29,166 nucleotides of DNA from a virus (lineage: Duplodnaviria; Caudoviricetes), in IMG/VR virus record IMGVR_UViG_3300020227_000120, positions 1-29,166 of that record; one strand, 5' to 3'. Position numbers and translations under genes: made by a program. The stretch's first letter is position 1, and every line of letters begins with the position of its first letter. This document shows, piece by piece, positions 1-9,052 of the stretch. The notes under the pieces are model-generated. The model saw only the letters and a program-made list of their open reading frames with translations. It was not told the origin of the DNA and made no database searches.

Positions 1-3000
1 TTTTTGTCCTTTTTTAGCAATGATTTTACTCATATGCATGTACCACTGATACCATTTGCCACCAGGCTCATCAAGTGTGATTTGATTACCACCGCCACCA
101 GCAACTGCACCTGCTTGTGATATCTTACCGTCGGTTAAAGCCTTAATTTTAGTACCCGTTGGCATACCGAAGTCAACACCATAGTGTCGACCACCATTGA
201 ACATAAGTCCACTAGTGTAGTGTCCAAATGTTTGCAAGATATTGTTCCATGGCAACCAACTAGCGTCACCATCGCCACCTTCAGCTTCTGTAAACCAGTC
301 TTTCACTTTATCTACCAATGAAGTTTTTAAGTTTTTATAGGCAGCTTTAACTAAATTAACGGTAGCGTTATCGCCGCCCCCGAAGTTGATGCCTATACTA
401 TCCATAACTTTATTCACTAATTTACTAGGATGTTTAACATATTTCCAAACATCTCCGATTTTATCGCCAAGCCATGATGCACCATCTTTAACTTTTTCTA
501 AACCTTTACTTCCTAAATCTTCAACAGTATCTTTGGCATCACTACCTGCTTTTTTCGCACTGTGATAACCATCAGATATTTTACCGCTCACCTTTTTACT
601 TATATTAGCTGCACCATCGATAATATCTTCGTACCAATCTTTTTTGTTTTCTTTAGAGAAACGAGGTATTTTAGTTCCTGTACCCGTTGATAAGCGTTTA
701 GGTATTATCCCTTGTTCTTGAAGTTTGTGCGTATGTCTAGCATTAATAACACCGTCACCTTTGCCTAGCCCAACAACCGTATTTTTGCCTTGTGGGGCAT
801 CGATTGAACCATCTTTACGTTGAATGAGCTCTTGTGTACGTCCACCTGGTCCATTACCTGGTCCTTTATCGTTAACCATCGCAACCATTGGTTGTCTTAA
901 ACCACCATTCGAATCAGTTGTAAGTGATGACCCATCATAAGTTCCAGTTGATAAAGGTTTAATCGTATTAATGAGTTTATCTTTACCCGTAATCGCTTTA
1001 GATATTTTGTTCACGCCGCCAATCATGCCATTTAAACCGCCAATAGCTTTGTTAGCAACTTTTTTTCCTAAATCGCCTGCAGCTTTACCCATATCGGCGC
1101 CGACATCTTTAATCCATTGTAGTGTATCACCTAACCATTTTTTGAAACCTTTATAAACAGACTTCGCTTTTTTCCAGCCTTCACCAGCAATATTACCGAA
1201 ACTTGTTTTGGCTTTACCCCACATATTACTTACATTTGTTTTAACAGAACCATAAGTTTGACCGAAATATTTGCTTGTGCCTTTCCACGTTGATTTCGAC
1301 TTATCCCAAGCTGTACTAGCGGTATCGCTAAATTTACCTTTCGCTTGGTTATATACACCTGTCACTTTGGTTTTGGCTTTCTCATAAGTTTCACCAAACC
1401 ATTTTTTCGTGCCATCATATGCTGATTTGGATTTATCCCACACTTTACCTGCAGCGTCTGTAAATTTATCACGCGTTTTAGTATAAACACCTGTTACTTT
1501 GTCTTTCGCTGAATTGTAAGTATCGCCAAACCATTTAGATGTATTTTTCCAAATACCACGTGTTTTAGTCGTCGCTGTTTCTTTAGCTTCTTCGAGTTTG
1601 TCACGGGTTGATGTCTTCACATTTTCCCAGGTATCAGATACGCCTTTCGTTACTTTGCCCCAAATATCACCTGCTGTGTCCCAAGCAGAATTCCAACCAT
1701 TTTTGAATGATTGTTGAATATTTCGGCCTTTTTCACTAAACCAGCCTTTGGTATTTTCCCAACTTTCACCGAGTTTATTAGTAATTGATGACCAGAGATC
1801 ACCACCTGTTTCTAGTCCGTTATTCCAACCTATTTTGATATTTGACCAGATACTCTGACCTTTTTGAGAAAACCATGTTTTCGTATCCTCCCATTTTTCA
1901 CCAAGCCAGCTAGTTAAAGACTTCCATAAATCGCCACCGTTTTCTATGGCAATGTTCCAACCATCATGAAGTGCGCCCCCAAATTCTTGGCCTTGTTCAG
2001 AGAACCATTCTCCTAAACCAGAAACGCCATTTTTAATTCCTTGCCAAATACTATCATCAGTAAAAAAGCTTGAAATAGAACCACCTACATCACTCATGTT
2101 TTCTTTGAATTTGTTGTAGTTCTTGCCCATTTCAGAAAACGCATCTGACATATCACCAGTAAATTTATTCCATTGTTTTTCAGAATTAGAATAAACCTTG
2201 CCTGTTGTCATATCCATATCATCTGTTATATCTTTATTGTTCTTTTTAACAGACTTGCGTATCTCTTCCGTTTTTCCCTCAGCAGTTTCTATAGCTTCAT
2301 CATAAGCATCTTTAATTTCTCCAATACGCTTATCATGTTCTTTTTGATCAATTTCGCCATAAGCAAGTAAATCATCAGCTTGAATGACATCTTTATCACG
2401 TTGTTTTTTAGCCTCTTTTTTTGCTTTTTTCTCAGCCTTAACAGAATCTTTAATAGCGTCACTTGCTTCTTGCGTATCAATAGCACCAGTATTCGCATTC
2501 ATTCTTGATAATATCGCTTGTTGTTCTTTTTGACCTTTAATTAAAGCTTCCGTCGTAATATTATTACGTTCATCTAATTTAGCTTTTAAATCTTTTTCTT
2601 CTTGCGCTGTAAGTTTACCATCATTAAACTGTTTTAATTCTAATTCTTCGATTTCTTGGTTAAGCTGTTCAAGTCGTCTAACTTTTTCATTAGATGCTTC
2701 TTGATTCTTTTGAATCATATCTTGCTTTTCTTGAGCCGTAAAAGCTTCGCTATTTTCAAGCATATCTTTCAATTCATCAGTCATTTTTTGGTTATGCTTT
2801 TTCGTTTGTTTTAAGGCTTCTTCTCCGCCTTTACGTACGGATGTTTCAAGTTGTTCACGCATATCATCTGTGATTTTACCGTGATTTAATTTAATATCTG
2901 ATAAAATGCGTGTCGTTTCTTCTGAATACTTCACATATTTGTCTAACGCTTTTTCAGTTTCTTTAGAAACGCCTTTGCCTAAAACTTTAGTTGTATCGGT

Positions 3001-5589
3001 TGCTTTATCTGATGCTGTACCAACTTTATCCATGAATTTTTTAAAGCCATCGCCAGCTTGTTTTAATAAATCGTCATCGTCAAGGTCTTTATAGCCTTGT
3101 TTCATTTCATCGAAGAAAGTTTCTTTGATTTTACTTCCTGTTTTCGAGAACCAACCACCTAAGTTTTTAAGTTGATCAATAGCACCGCCACCAAATGTTC
3201 TAACAACATCAAGTAACCCATCAATGCCCTTTTTAAACCAATCCACATTATTATAAGCTTTAGTAAACGCGCCACCTAATAACGTAACACCTGTAATAAT
3301 CCAGCCAATGGGACCGCCCAAAATTTTAATACCATTACCTAAAACTTTACTCGCTTGACCTAATAAACTAACTTTTCCAGCTGCTTTACCTGTTGATTTA
3401 CCAAAACGTCCAAATAAACCTGCAGAACCTTTAGCGCTCTTGCCTGACGCAGCAATTGCGCCTGCATTCGCTTTTGTTGCCCCAGCGTTAATCACAGCTT
3501 CTGCAGAATTTTCAGCCATACGTCTGTTAAGTTGTGCATAGCCTCCAGCTGCTGCTTGAACTGCTCTTAATAATAGCCCCACGCCTAACGTTACGGGACC
3601 AATCGCTGCTGCAACACCTGCAATAGCGACACTAGCTATTTTTGCGCCTTTAGGTAAATCATTTAAGAAATCGACCGTTGATTTCAAACCACCAACCATG
3701 CCAGATAAAGCAGGTTGAATAGTTTCAAAAACAGATAACCCAAGCTCTTCGGCAGCTGACTTTAATTCTCTTAAACTACCACCTAAGCCTTTTTCCATTG
3801 TGTCACCCATTTTTTTAGCTGAACCTTCACTGTTATCAATAGAATTAGCTAGTTTGTCATAGTCTTCTTGAGAAGCATTAATAACAGCTAATGCACCACT
3901 CATTGCTTCTTTACCGAATATTGTACTTGCAGTTGCAGCTTGTTGGTCTTTAGATAAACCACTAAATTTATCTCTCAACTGATCTATAACATCACGCATT
4001 GGTAACATTTCACCGTTACTATCTGTGATAGATAAACCAAGTTCATCCATCTTCGTTTTCATAGCTGCAGTTGGTTTTGAAAGATTCGTAAACATCGTAC
4101 GTAATGCTGTACCAGCTTTTTCGCCTTTAATACCTGCATTACTCATTAATCCAATTGCTGTTGAAGTATCTTCGATACTATAACCTAAGGCACCTGCTAC
4201 GGGAGCCGCATATTTAAAACCTTCACCCATCATTTGAACATTTGTATTGGCATTCGCACTAGCTGACGCTAGAACATCCGCAAAATGACCACTATCTTTA
4301 GCTTCTAGTCCAAATGCCGTTAAACCATCGGTAACAATATCAGAAACAGTGCCTAATTCTTCACCTGATGCAGCAGCTAAATCCATAATACCAGGCAAGC
4401 CACCCATCATATCTTGCGTTTTCCAACCAGCCATAGCCATGTAGTTCATAGCTTCTGCACTATCTGTCGCACTAAATTTAGTTGTTGCGCCCATTTCACG
4501 TGCTTTCGCTTTCAACGCGTCTAAATCTTTACCCGAAGCGCCTGAGACGGCTTGTACTTTACGCATACCGTCATCAAATTCAACACCTAATTTACCAGCA
4601 TAACCCATAGCGCCAGCAATCGGCGTTGTTACATACATAGACATATTACGTCCCACTGAACGCATGTTTTGGGACATTTTGCCATACTTCTCTGACATTT
4701 TATCTAAATGGTCAGCTTGTTTTGTGAATGAGCTATTAGCGACCATTTGTTGTTTGTTCATTTGCTTTAGTTCTTGTTCAGCTTTATTAATATTTTTTTG
4801 TAAGCCGTTCATCGAAGCTTTTTCATTATTCACAGCTTTTTCAGCTTTGGCTAAATCTTTCGGATAATCTTTAATCGTTTTAGAAAGTTTGTCATATTCT
4901 TTTTCAGCTGTTTTTACTGCGTCATTAGACTGTTTATAAGAAGCTTTAACCTTTTTATTTTCTTCTGTAATGCCTTTATGAGACTGTGTTAACTTCTTAA
5001 CATTAGCCGTTTCTTCTTTATGACTCGCAATTAATTTTTGATGGACTTCACGTTGTTGTTTCGTCGCATTAGATGCTTGCTTAATCTGCTCCGTAGAAGC
5101 CTTACCTGATTCTTTTAAGCGTCTTTCTGCCGAACGTAACTCATCTAATTTGGTTTTAGCTTTAGCCTTTTCAGCACTTAATACAGATTGTTTAGCTTTA
5201 GCATTATCTAATTCCTTATTAGATTTTTTCATTTCTTGATTAGATTTGCGCATCGCATCATCTTGTTTCTTATGTGCTTCGGCAAGCGCTTTAACTTTTT
5301 GTTCTTGTTGTTTAATACTGTTCGATGCTTTTTCATAAGCGCTTTTAACGTCATTTAAATTGGTTTTAGATTGATCGTACATTTTCTTTTGGACTTTCAT
5401 TTTATTGTTAAGTCCTTCAATACGCGTCTGGTACTTTTGTACAGACTTCTCACCTTTCCCAAAACTAGACATATTTGCTTTAACTTCTGAACTCAGTACA
5501 CCCATTTGGCGTTTAAGACCTTTCATGCCTTGTTCCACGCCCGTATTATCCATGGTGTTCTTTATCGCGTAACCTTGAATATTTTCCAA
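1..5589 (-). CDS. Tail tape measure protein with M23 peptidase domain; runs off the left edge (3' truncated)
   Basis: Not in the ORF track because there is no stop in the window. TTG start at 5589 behind GGAGG (MENIQGYAIKNTMDNTG...). Contains coiled-coil and TP901-type TMP core segments and Trp-periodic repeats. Near positions 1-190 it reads HYGVDFGMPTGTKIKALTDG...WYQWYMHMSK (M23 HxxxD motif). I checked both ends for frame consistency and sampled the middle. Confidence 0.95.
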   Translation of the reverse strand, partial: MENIQGYAIKNTMDNTGVEQGMKGLKRQMGVLSSEVKANMSSFGKGEKSVQKYQTRIEGLNNKMKVQKKMYDQSKTNLNDVKSAYEKASNSIKQQEQKVKALAEAHKKQDDAMRKSNQEMKKSNKELDNAKAKQSVLSAEKAKAKTKLDELRSAERRLKESGKASTEQIKQASNATKQQREVHQKLIASHKEETANVKKLTQSHKGITEENKKVKASYKQSNDAVKTAEKEYDKLSKTIKDYPKDLAKAEKAVNNEKASMNGLQKNINKAEQELKQMNKQQMVANSSFTKQADHLDKMSEKYGKMSQNMRSVGRNMSMYVTTPIAGAMGYAGKLGVEFDDGMRKVQAVSGASGKDLDALKAKAREMGATTKFSATDSAEAMNYMAMAGWKTQDMMGGLPGIMDLAAASGEELGTVSDIVTDGLTAFGLEAKDSGHFADVLASASANANTNVQMMGEGFKYAAPVAGALGYSIEDTSTAIGLMSNAGIKGEKAGTALRTMFTNLSKPTAAMKTKMDELGLSITDSNGEMLPMRDVIDQLRDKFSGLSKDQQAATASTIFGKEAMSGALAVINASQEDYDKLANSIDNSEGSAKKMGDTMEKGLGGSLRELKSAAEELGLSVFETIQPALSGMVGGLKSTVDFLNDLPKGAKIASVAIAGVAAAIGPVTLGVGLLLRAVQAAAGGYAQLNRRMAENSAEAVINAGATKANAGAIAASGKSAKGSAGLFGRFGKSTGKAAGKVSLLGQASKVLGNGIKILGGPIGWIITGVTLLGGAFTKAYNNVDWFKKGIDGLLDVVRTFGGGAIDQLKNLGGWFSKTGSKIKETFFDEMKQGYKDLDDDDLLKQAGDGFKKFMDKVGTASDKATDTTKVLGKGVSKETEKALDKYVKYSEETTRILSDIKLNHGKITDDMREQLETSVRKGGEEALKQTKKHNQKMTDELKDMLENSEAFTAQEKQDMIQKNQEASNEKVRRLEQLNQEIEELELKQFNDGKLTAQEEKDLKAKLDERNNITTEALIKGQKEQQAILSRMNANTGAIDTQEASDAIKDSVKAEKKAKKEAKKQRDKDVIQADDLLAYGEIDQKEHDKRIGEIKDAYDEAIETAEGKTEEIRKSVKKNNKDITDDMDMTTGKVYSNSEKQWNKFTGDMSDAFSEMGKNYNKFKENMSDVGGSISSFFTDDSIWQGIKNGVSGLGEWFSEQGQEFGGALHDGWNIAIENGGDLWKSLTSWLGEKWEDTKTWFSQKGQSIWSNIKIGWNNGLETGGDLWSSITNKLGESWENTKGWFSEKGRNIQQSFKNGWNSAWDTAGDIWGKVTKGVSDTWENVKTSTRDKLEEAKETATTKTRGIWKNTSKWFGDTYNSAKDKVTGVYTKTRDKFTDAAGKVWDKSKSAYDGTKKWFGETYEKAKTKVTGVYNQAKGKFSDTASTAWDKSKSTWKGTSKYFGQTYGSVKTNVSNMWGKAKTSFGNIAGEGWKKAKSVYKGFKKWLGDTLQWIKDVGADMGKAAGDLGKKVANKAIGGLNGMIGGVNKISKAITGKDKLINTIKPLSTGTYDGSSLTTDSNGGLRQPMVAMVNDKGPGNGPGGRTQELIQRKDGSIDAPQGKNTVVGLGKGDGVINARHTHKLQEQGIIPKRLSTGTGTKIPRFSKENKKDWYEDIIDGAANISKKVSGKISDGYHSAKKAGSDAKDTVEDLGSKGLEKVKDGASWLGDKIGDVWKYVKHPSKLVNKVMDSIGINFGGGDNATVNLVKAAYKNLKTSLVDKVKDWFTEAEGGDGDASWLPWNNILQTFGHYTSGLMFNGGRHYGVDFGMPTGTKIKALTDGKISQAGAVAGGGGNQITLDEPGGKWYQWYMHMSKIIAKKGQK

Positions 5590-5611
5590 TTATATGTACC
5601 TCCCTTCTTAC

Positions 5612-5845
5612 CTATCCACCGAATAGTTTGATTAAGTCCTTACCTTTAATAACTTCTTGTTCTTTTTTAGATTTGTTTTTTTGTTTATCTTGGTTATCAT
5701 TGCCAGTTAGAAACGCAAATAATTCTAAGTAAGGTTGTTCTTTAACTTCTGTTAAAGTCCAGCCAAAGTTTTTCATACAAAATTCATAAGCCTTTCTAAA
5801 CCAGGATAAAATTTCTTTTATTGAGCTTGTTCTTCTGTCTTTCCC
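5612..5845 (-). CDS. Tail assembly chaperone gpT-like segment, expressed as a G-T fusion by -1 frameshift
   Basis: The -1 frame from slippery G GGA AAG (5839-5845) is open to TAG at 5612-5614: GKDRRTSSIKEILSWFRKAYEFCMKNFGWTLTEVKEQPYLELF...LFGG. It lies directly before the TMP gene. Confidence 0.88.
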   Translation of the reverse strand, partial: GKDRRTSSIKEILSWFRKAYEFCMKNFGWTLTEVKEQPYLELFAFLTGNDNQDKQKNKSKKEQEVIKGKDLIKLFGG

Positions 5846-6168
5846 TCTTGGCTTGTTTCATCTTCTGAATCTGCTTCATCTTCGCCGCTGATTTCTCGAA
5901 ATATTTCACCTAATACATGAGAATATGTTTTTGTACCCATGTTGTTTAAAACGTCCTCCTCTGTTAATCCTTGTTTTTCAAACAAACTAACTAAGTAATC
6001 ACGTTCCATTTTTCTCACTTTTTTCATATCCGGTTTTTCTTTATTCACTTCTTTTTCGCGGATTTCCATCCATTCATAAAAACGCTCTGCTTCTCCCATC
6101 GTAATAACGTCTTTGGAATAGCTTTCTACTTTACCTGTTTCTTGGTTTTTAATTTCAAATTTGATCAT
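5818..6168 (-). CDS. Tail assembly chaperone (gpG-like)
   Basis: 116 aa, AGGAG RBS, located between the tail tube genes and TMP; ends ...EGKTEEQAQ and contains the lambda-type GGGAAAG slippery site. Confidence 0.88.
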   Translation of the reverse strand: MIKFEIKNQETGKVESYSKDVITMGEAERFYEWMEIREKEVNKEKPDMKKVRKMERDYLVSLFEKQGLTEEDVLNNMGTKTYSHVLGEIFREISGEDEADSEDETSQEGKTEEQAQ

Positions 6169-6202
6169 GTTATTGTCTCCTTAAAGTTAATTATTTTTGT
6201 AT

Positions 6203-6228
6203 ACAAAAATAGGCGACCGAAGTCGCCT
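6203..6228 (-). terminator. Rho-independent terminator after the Ig-like tail gene
   Basis: On the - strand: AGGCGAC-TTCG-GTCGCCT hairpin (cUUCGg tetraloop) followed by ATTTTTGT. Confidence 0.8.
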
Positions 6229-6243
6229 TGTTTATTCATTTAT

Positions 6244-6774
6244 TTATTCTGCTGATACATCTGCATCGTTTTCATTTGCTTCTACTTCTACATTATCGGG
6301 TTCTTCTGGTGCAGGTTCTTCTTCAGTTTCTACTGTGACGGCACATGTCGCTTTTTTATTGCCATCCTCGGTAGTAACTTCAATGTTAGCAGTACCATCT
6401 GCAATCGCTGTAATTGTACCGTCTTCATTTACTGTAGCTACATCTCTATTGGATGATGCATAAGCTACACCTTTATTAGTCGCAGTCGATGGCGCAACCG
6501 TTGGTCGAATGGTTTCTGTATCTCCGACATTTAGCGTTAAACTTTCTTTATCAAGGGAAACACCTGTTACTTTAATTGGATTTGTTTTAAATCCTGGTAC
6601 CTCTGTTTTATCAGATTCGCCGTTATCGTTACTAAAAGCAGCTTGATACGTGCCTGCTTCATATTCTGTGTCTGCGTCCAGACCTTCAATCGTAACGTTA
6701 GCCTTGCCATCTTCACCACGTTCAGCACTTGCGACTACTTCATCATCTTTATAAATTTTTAAAATATCTGCCAT
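6244..6774 (-). CDS. Ig-like (Big_2) virion decoration protein with an N-terminal partial FN3-like domain and a C-terminal 21-aa motif
   Basis: Own AGGAGG RBS. Central VTGVSLDKESLTLNVGDTETI...VAYASSNRDVATVNEDGTITAIADGTANIEVTTEDGNKKATCAVTV is a typical Big_2 pattern. N-terminal VTIEGLDADTEY...NGES is FN3-like. Confidence 0.88.
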   Translation of the reverse strand: MADILKIYKDDEVVASAERGEDGKANVTIEGLDADTEYEAGTYQAAFSNDNGESDKTEVPGFKTNPIKVTGVSLDKESLTLNVGDTETIRPTVAPSTATNKGVAYASSNRDVATVNEDGTITAIADGTANIEVTTEDGNKKATCAVTVETEEEPAPEEPDNVEVEANENDADVSAE

Positions 6775-6808
6775 TTAATAGCCTCCTAGTAATTTAATAT
6801 AAAAACCC

Positions 6809-6875
6809 CTATTCTGCAGAAATAACAGCCGACTTACTTTTAGCTGTTACTCCTACATTTTGGGGCGCCTTAGGG
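6809..6875 (-). other. Predicted +1 frameshift site (CCC-TAA, 6870-6875) and 21-codon C-terminal extension of the major tail protein
   Basis: ACA CCC TAA G; the +1 frame reads PKAPQNVGVTAKSKSAVISAE then TAG (6809-6811). Confidence 0.8.
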
Positions 6876-7502
6876 TGTTTCTGTTGCTTCGTTATCGTTT
6901 GAATCTTCATTACTATTGTCCGAATCATCATCTTTAACGTCTTCATAACCAGGGAACACACTTTTGAATAATTCATCTGCGCCTTTTTTACCAACGTGGT
7001 AACCATAAATACGTGAATTACCGTCGATTGTGCGCGCAATCCAATCACCTGTGAGTTGTTGTGGTTCTGGCTCTTCTTCTTCTTTCGCCGTTGTTTTCCA
7101 TTCGATTGATTCAAGGCTCATTGTCCCTTTAGTTAACGCACAATAAACAGGGTCACCTGATAGTAAATCGGCAGACTCTCCAATTAATGCGACATACGGC
7201 GCACGAGAATCTTCACCAACCCATGAAGTACCGTTATCATCCATATCACGACCTAAAACGGCGTCTAAATCTTTATCTGGCACGTTAAATAAATCAAGTT
7301 CTGATTGAACTTCGCCTGTTCCTTGTTTCTTAGACCATACGGTCTTATTTGAAGCACGCATTTCAACTTTTTCAGGGGCTAATCCTGAAATATTAAGATT
7401 AACTGTACCACCGTGTTCATCTTTCCATGTCATTAATTTCTTAATTTTTTCATCTTCATCAAAAATACCTACGTGTACTTTTTCAAATCCTACTACTGCC
7501 AT
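6870..7502 (-). CDS. Major tail (tube) protein, phi13/phiSLT-like family
   Basis: 210 aa, MAVVGFEKVHVGIFD...; AGGAGG RBS; follows the neck genes; acidic low-complexity C-terminal linker. Confidence 0.92.
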   Translation of the reverse strand: MAVVGFEKVHVGIFDEDEKIKKLMTWKDEHGGTVNLNISGLAPEKVEMRASNKTVWSKKQGTGEVQSELDLFNVPDKDLDAVLGRDMDDNGTSWVGEDSRAPYVALIGESADLLSGDPVYCALTKGTMSLESIEWKTTAKEEEEPEPQQLTGDWIARTIDGNSRIYGYHVGKKGADELFKSVFPGYEDVKDDDSDNSNEDSNDNEATETP

Positions 7503-7535
7503 AATTTTTTCCTCCTTGAATTAAAAAGAACGCAT

Positions 7536-7931
7536 CTATTCGACACGTTCACCTTTGTAATATTGATTTTTAGGTATGCCACGATATCTTCGTGACATCA
7601 CATACCTTTGTGTTGATTTAAAATAGTCATCTAATTGTGATGATGCTTGATTTAAATTTTCATTTGATAGTAAATAACGAATCCGTTTGGTTATGTCTAT
7701 CGTTTGTTGATGATTATAGGCTTCAACATCGACTTGAAAAAAATAAGTTTCCGATAGATATTTATCAGAAACATATGTGCTCGGGCGATCTAATATCGGG
7801 GTTAAAACGACAAACGCATCACTCGTATCATCCACTTCTGTTACTTCGTAATAATAAATGCGGTTGTTTACTTCTGATGCAAGTATAGGGTCGTTAATAA
7901 TGATATTCTTAATATAATTGAGTATATTCAC
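7536..7931 (-). CDS. Putative tail terminator / tail completion protein
   Basis: 131 aa, last neck gene before the major tail gene; FQVDVEA strand pattern. Confidence 0.7.
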   Translation of the reverse strand: MNILNYIKNIIINDPILASEVNNRIYYYEVTEVDDTSDAFVVLTPILDRPSTYVSDKYLSETYFFQVDVEAYNHQQTIDITKRIRYLLSNENLNQASSQLDDYFKSTQRYVMSRRYRGIPKNQYYKGERVE

Positions 7932-8353
7932 TTTTTGTTCAACTCTCTTCGAATGATGCCACGGTATTTGGTTTGTGATGCATCTAATGTTTTGGCAATG
8001 ACACCGTAACCTTGAGGTGTATACTTTTTACCATTACGTGTATAGCCATGTTCATTAAGATGAATGATATTTTTTCTTTCCTTAGGGCCTTCCCAATGAA
8101 TCATAATCCGTCTTTGACCAGCAACCGTTTCAGGATTACCTCGTTTCATTTCTTGTATGGTCGCCCCTGTATCTTTAAAATCTTCAAATTGATGTTTCAA
8201 CTCTTGTTTTAAAAATTCAGATGCTTCAATTAAAGCTTTATCATTCTTTGTTTGCATCGCTTTTTCACCAAATTTTGCTTCCATCTTTTTCATTATCTCT
8301 TTTTCACCTTCAAGCTTTATATCGTATATACCATTAATTTTAGGTTTGCTCAT
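7928..8353 (-). CDS. HK97 gp10-like neck protein
   Basis: 141 aa; DTG and HLNEHGYTR motifs; position in the neck module. Confidence 0.7.
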   Translation of the reverse strand: MSKPKINGIYDIKLEGEKEIMKKMEAKFGEKAMQTKNDKALIEASEFLKQELKHQFEDFKDTGATIQEMKRGNPETVAGQRRIMIHWEGPKERKNIIHLNEHGYTRNGKKYTPQGYGVIAKTLDASQTKYRGIIRRELNKK

Positions 8354-8681
8354 TTTCAGCTACCACCACCGTAATATAACCTGCTTTTGGTTTATCAAAT
8401 CGAATGTCGTATATGTTAAATAGTTGTGTTTCAAATCGATAATCTTTCACTTTAATTGTATGTTGATAACTCGGGATAAATTGTCGTTGAGCGTCTCTCA
8501 TTATAAATGTAAAACCTTGGGTTTTACCGTTTGTCGTTAGAACTTGTCTGTCTTTAATGGAATTATCATATTTTTCAACTTTACAACTATAAACCTCTTT
8601 TTCTTCTAAATCATCTGGGTAAGGGCCTGTTTTAACCATGTCATAAAAAGTTAAGTACGTATTAAAGTTTTTAAATTGCAC
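8340..8681 (-). CDS. Head closure / head-tail adaptor (SPP1 gp16-like)
   Basis: 113 aa, GTG start, second neck gene, beta-rich pattern. Confidence 0.7.
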   Translation of the reverse strand: MQFKNFNTYLTFYDMVKTGPYPDDLEEKEVYSCKVEKYDNSIKDRQVLTTNGKTQGFTFIMRDAQRQFIPSYQHTIKVKDYRFETQLFNIYDIRFDKPKAGYITVVVAENEQT

Positions 8682-8686
8682 TTAAA

Positions 8687-8974
8687 TCACCAAACTTTCA
8701 ACTTAAGAATAAATGATTGTAAGGTTCTGTCATTAAATCCTTTATTATCGCGTTCATACTCAACAAAGCCACGAGTCTCATAATCACGCGAAACAATATA
8801 ATTAATCGCTTGGCAATATAAAGGATATGCCTCATCACTATGATCGTACTGAGGCACACCACTTAAACTTAATTCAGACTTAGCGCTTAGAATCATATCT
8901 TCTAACGTATCATTTTCGATGTCATAATCTATGTTTAACCATCTTTTGATGCGTAATAATTCATTTTGATTCAT
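8687..8974 (-). CDS. Head-tail connector (HK97 gp6-like)
   Basis: IKRWLNIDYDIENDTLEDMILSAK...YETR pattern. The ATG at 8974 follows a GGGGTGG RBS; the track's start at 8983 lies inside that RBS. Confidence 0.85.
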   Translation of the reverse strand: MNQNELLRIKRWLNIDYDIENDTLEDMILSAKSELSLSGVPQYDHSDEAYPLYCQAINYIVSRDYETRGFVEYERDNKGFNDRTLQSFILKLKVW

Positions 8975-8985
8975 CAAAACCACCC

Positions 8986-9052
8986 CTATTCAGCAGAAAT
9001 AGAGACGGATTTTGCTCTCGTCTCTACTTCTACCTTTTGGGGCTTGTTAGGG
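8986..9052 (-). other. Predicted +1 frameshift site (CCC-TAA, 9047-9052) and 21-codon C-terminal extension of the major capsid protein
   Basis: ACA CCC TAA C; the +1 frame reads PNKPQKVEVETRAKSVSISAE then TAG (8986-8988). Confidence 0.8.

Noticed and set aside
1130-2180. Degenerate periodic repeats (for example ACACCTGTNACTTT at 1355 and 1487, 132 bp apart)
   Set aside because: Ordinary Trp/Phe-periodic 11-residue-multiple repeats of tape measure proteins.
971-4867. Short ORFs at 971, 2173, 2289, 2906 and 4664
   Set aside because: Antisense or alternate-frame shadows of the tape measure gene.
6775-6811. Stop-codon readthrough fusing the tail extension to the Ig gene
   Set aside because: The two are out of frame, separated by 34 nt, and the Ig gene has its own AGGAGG RBS.
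6809-7114. 101-aa - strand ORF overlapping the major tail gene
   Set aside because: No RBS, and it is an alternate frame of the tail gene. Only its last 21 codons are meaningful, as the +1 extension.
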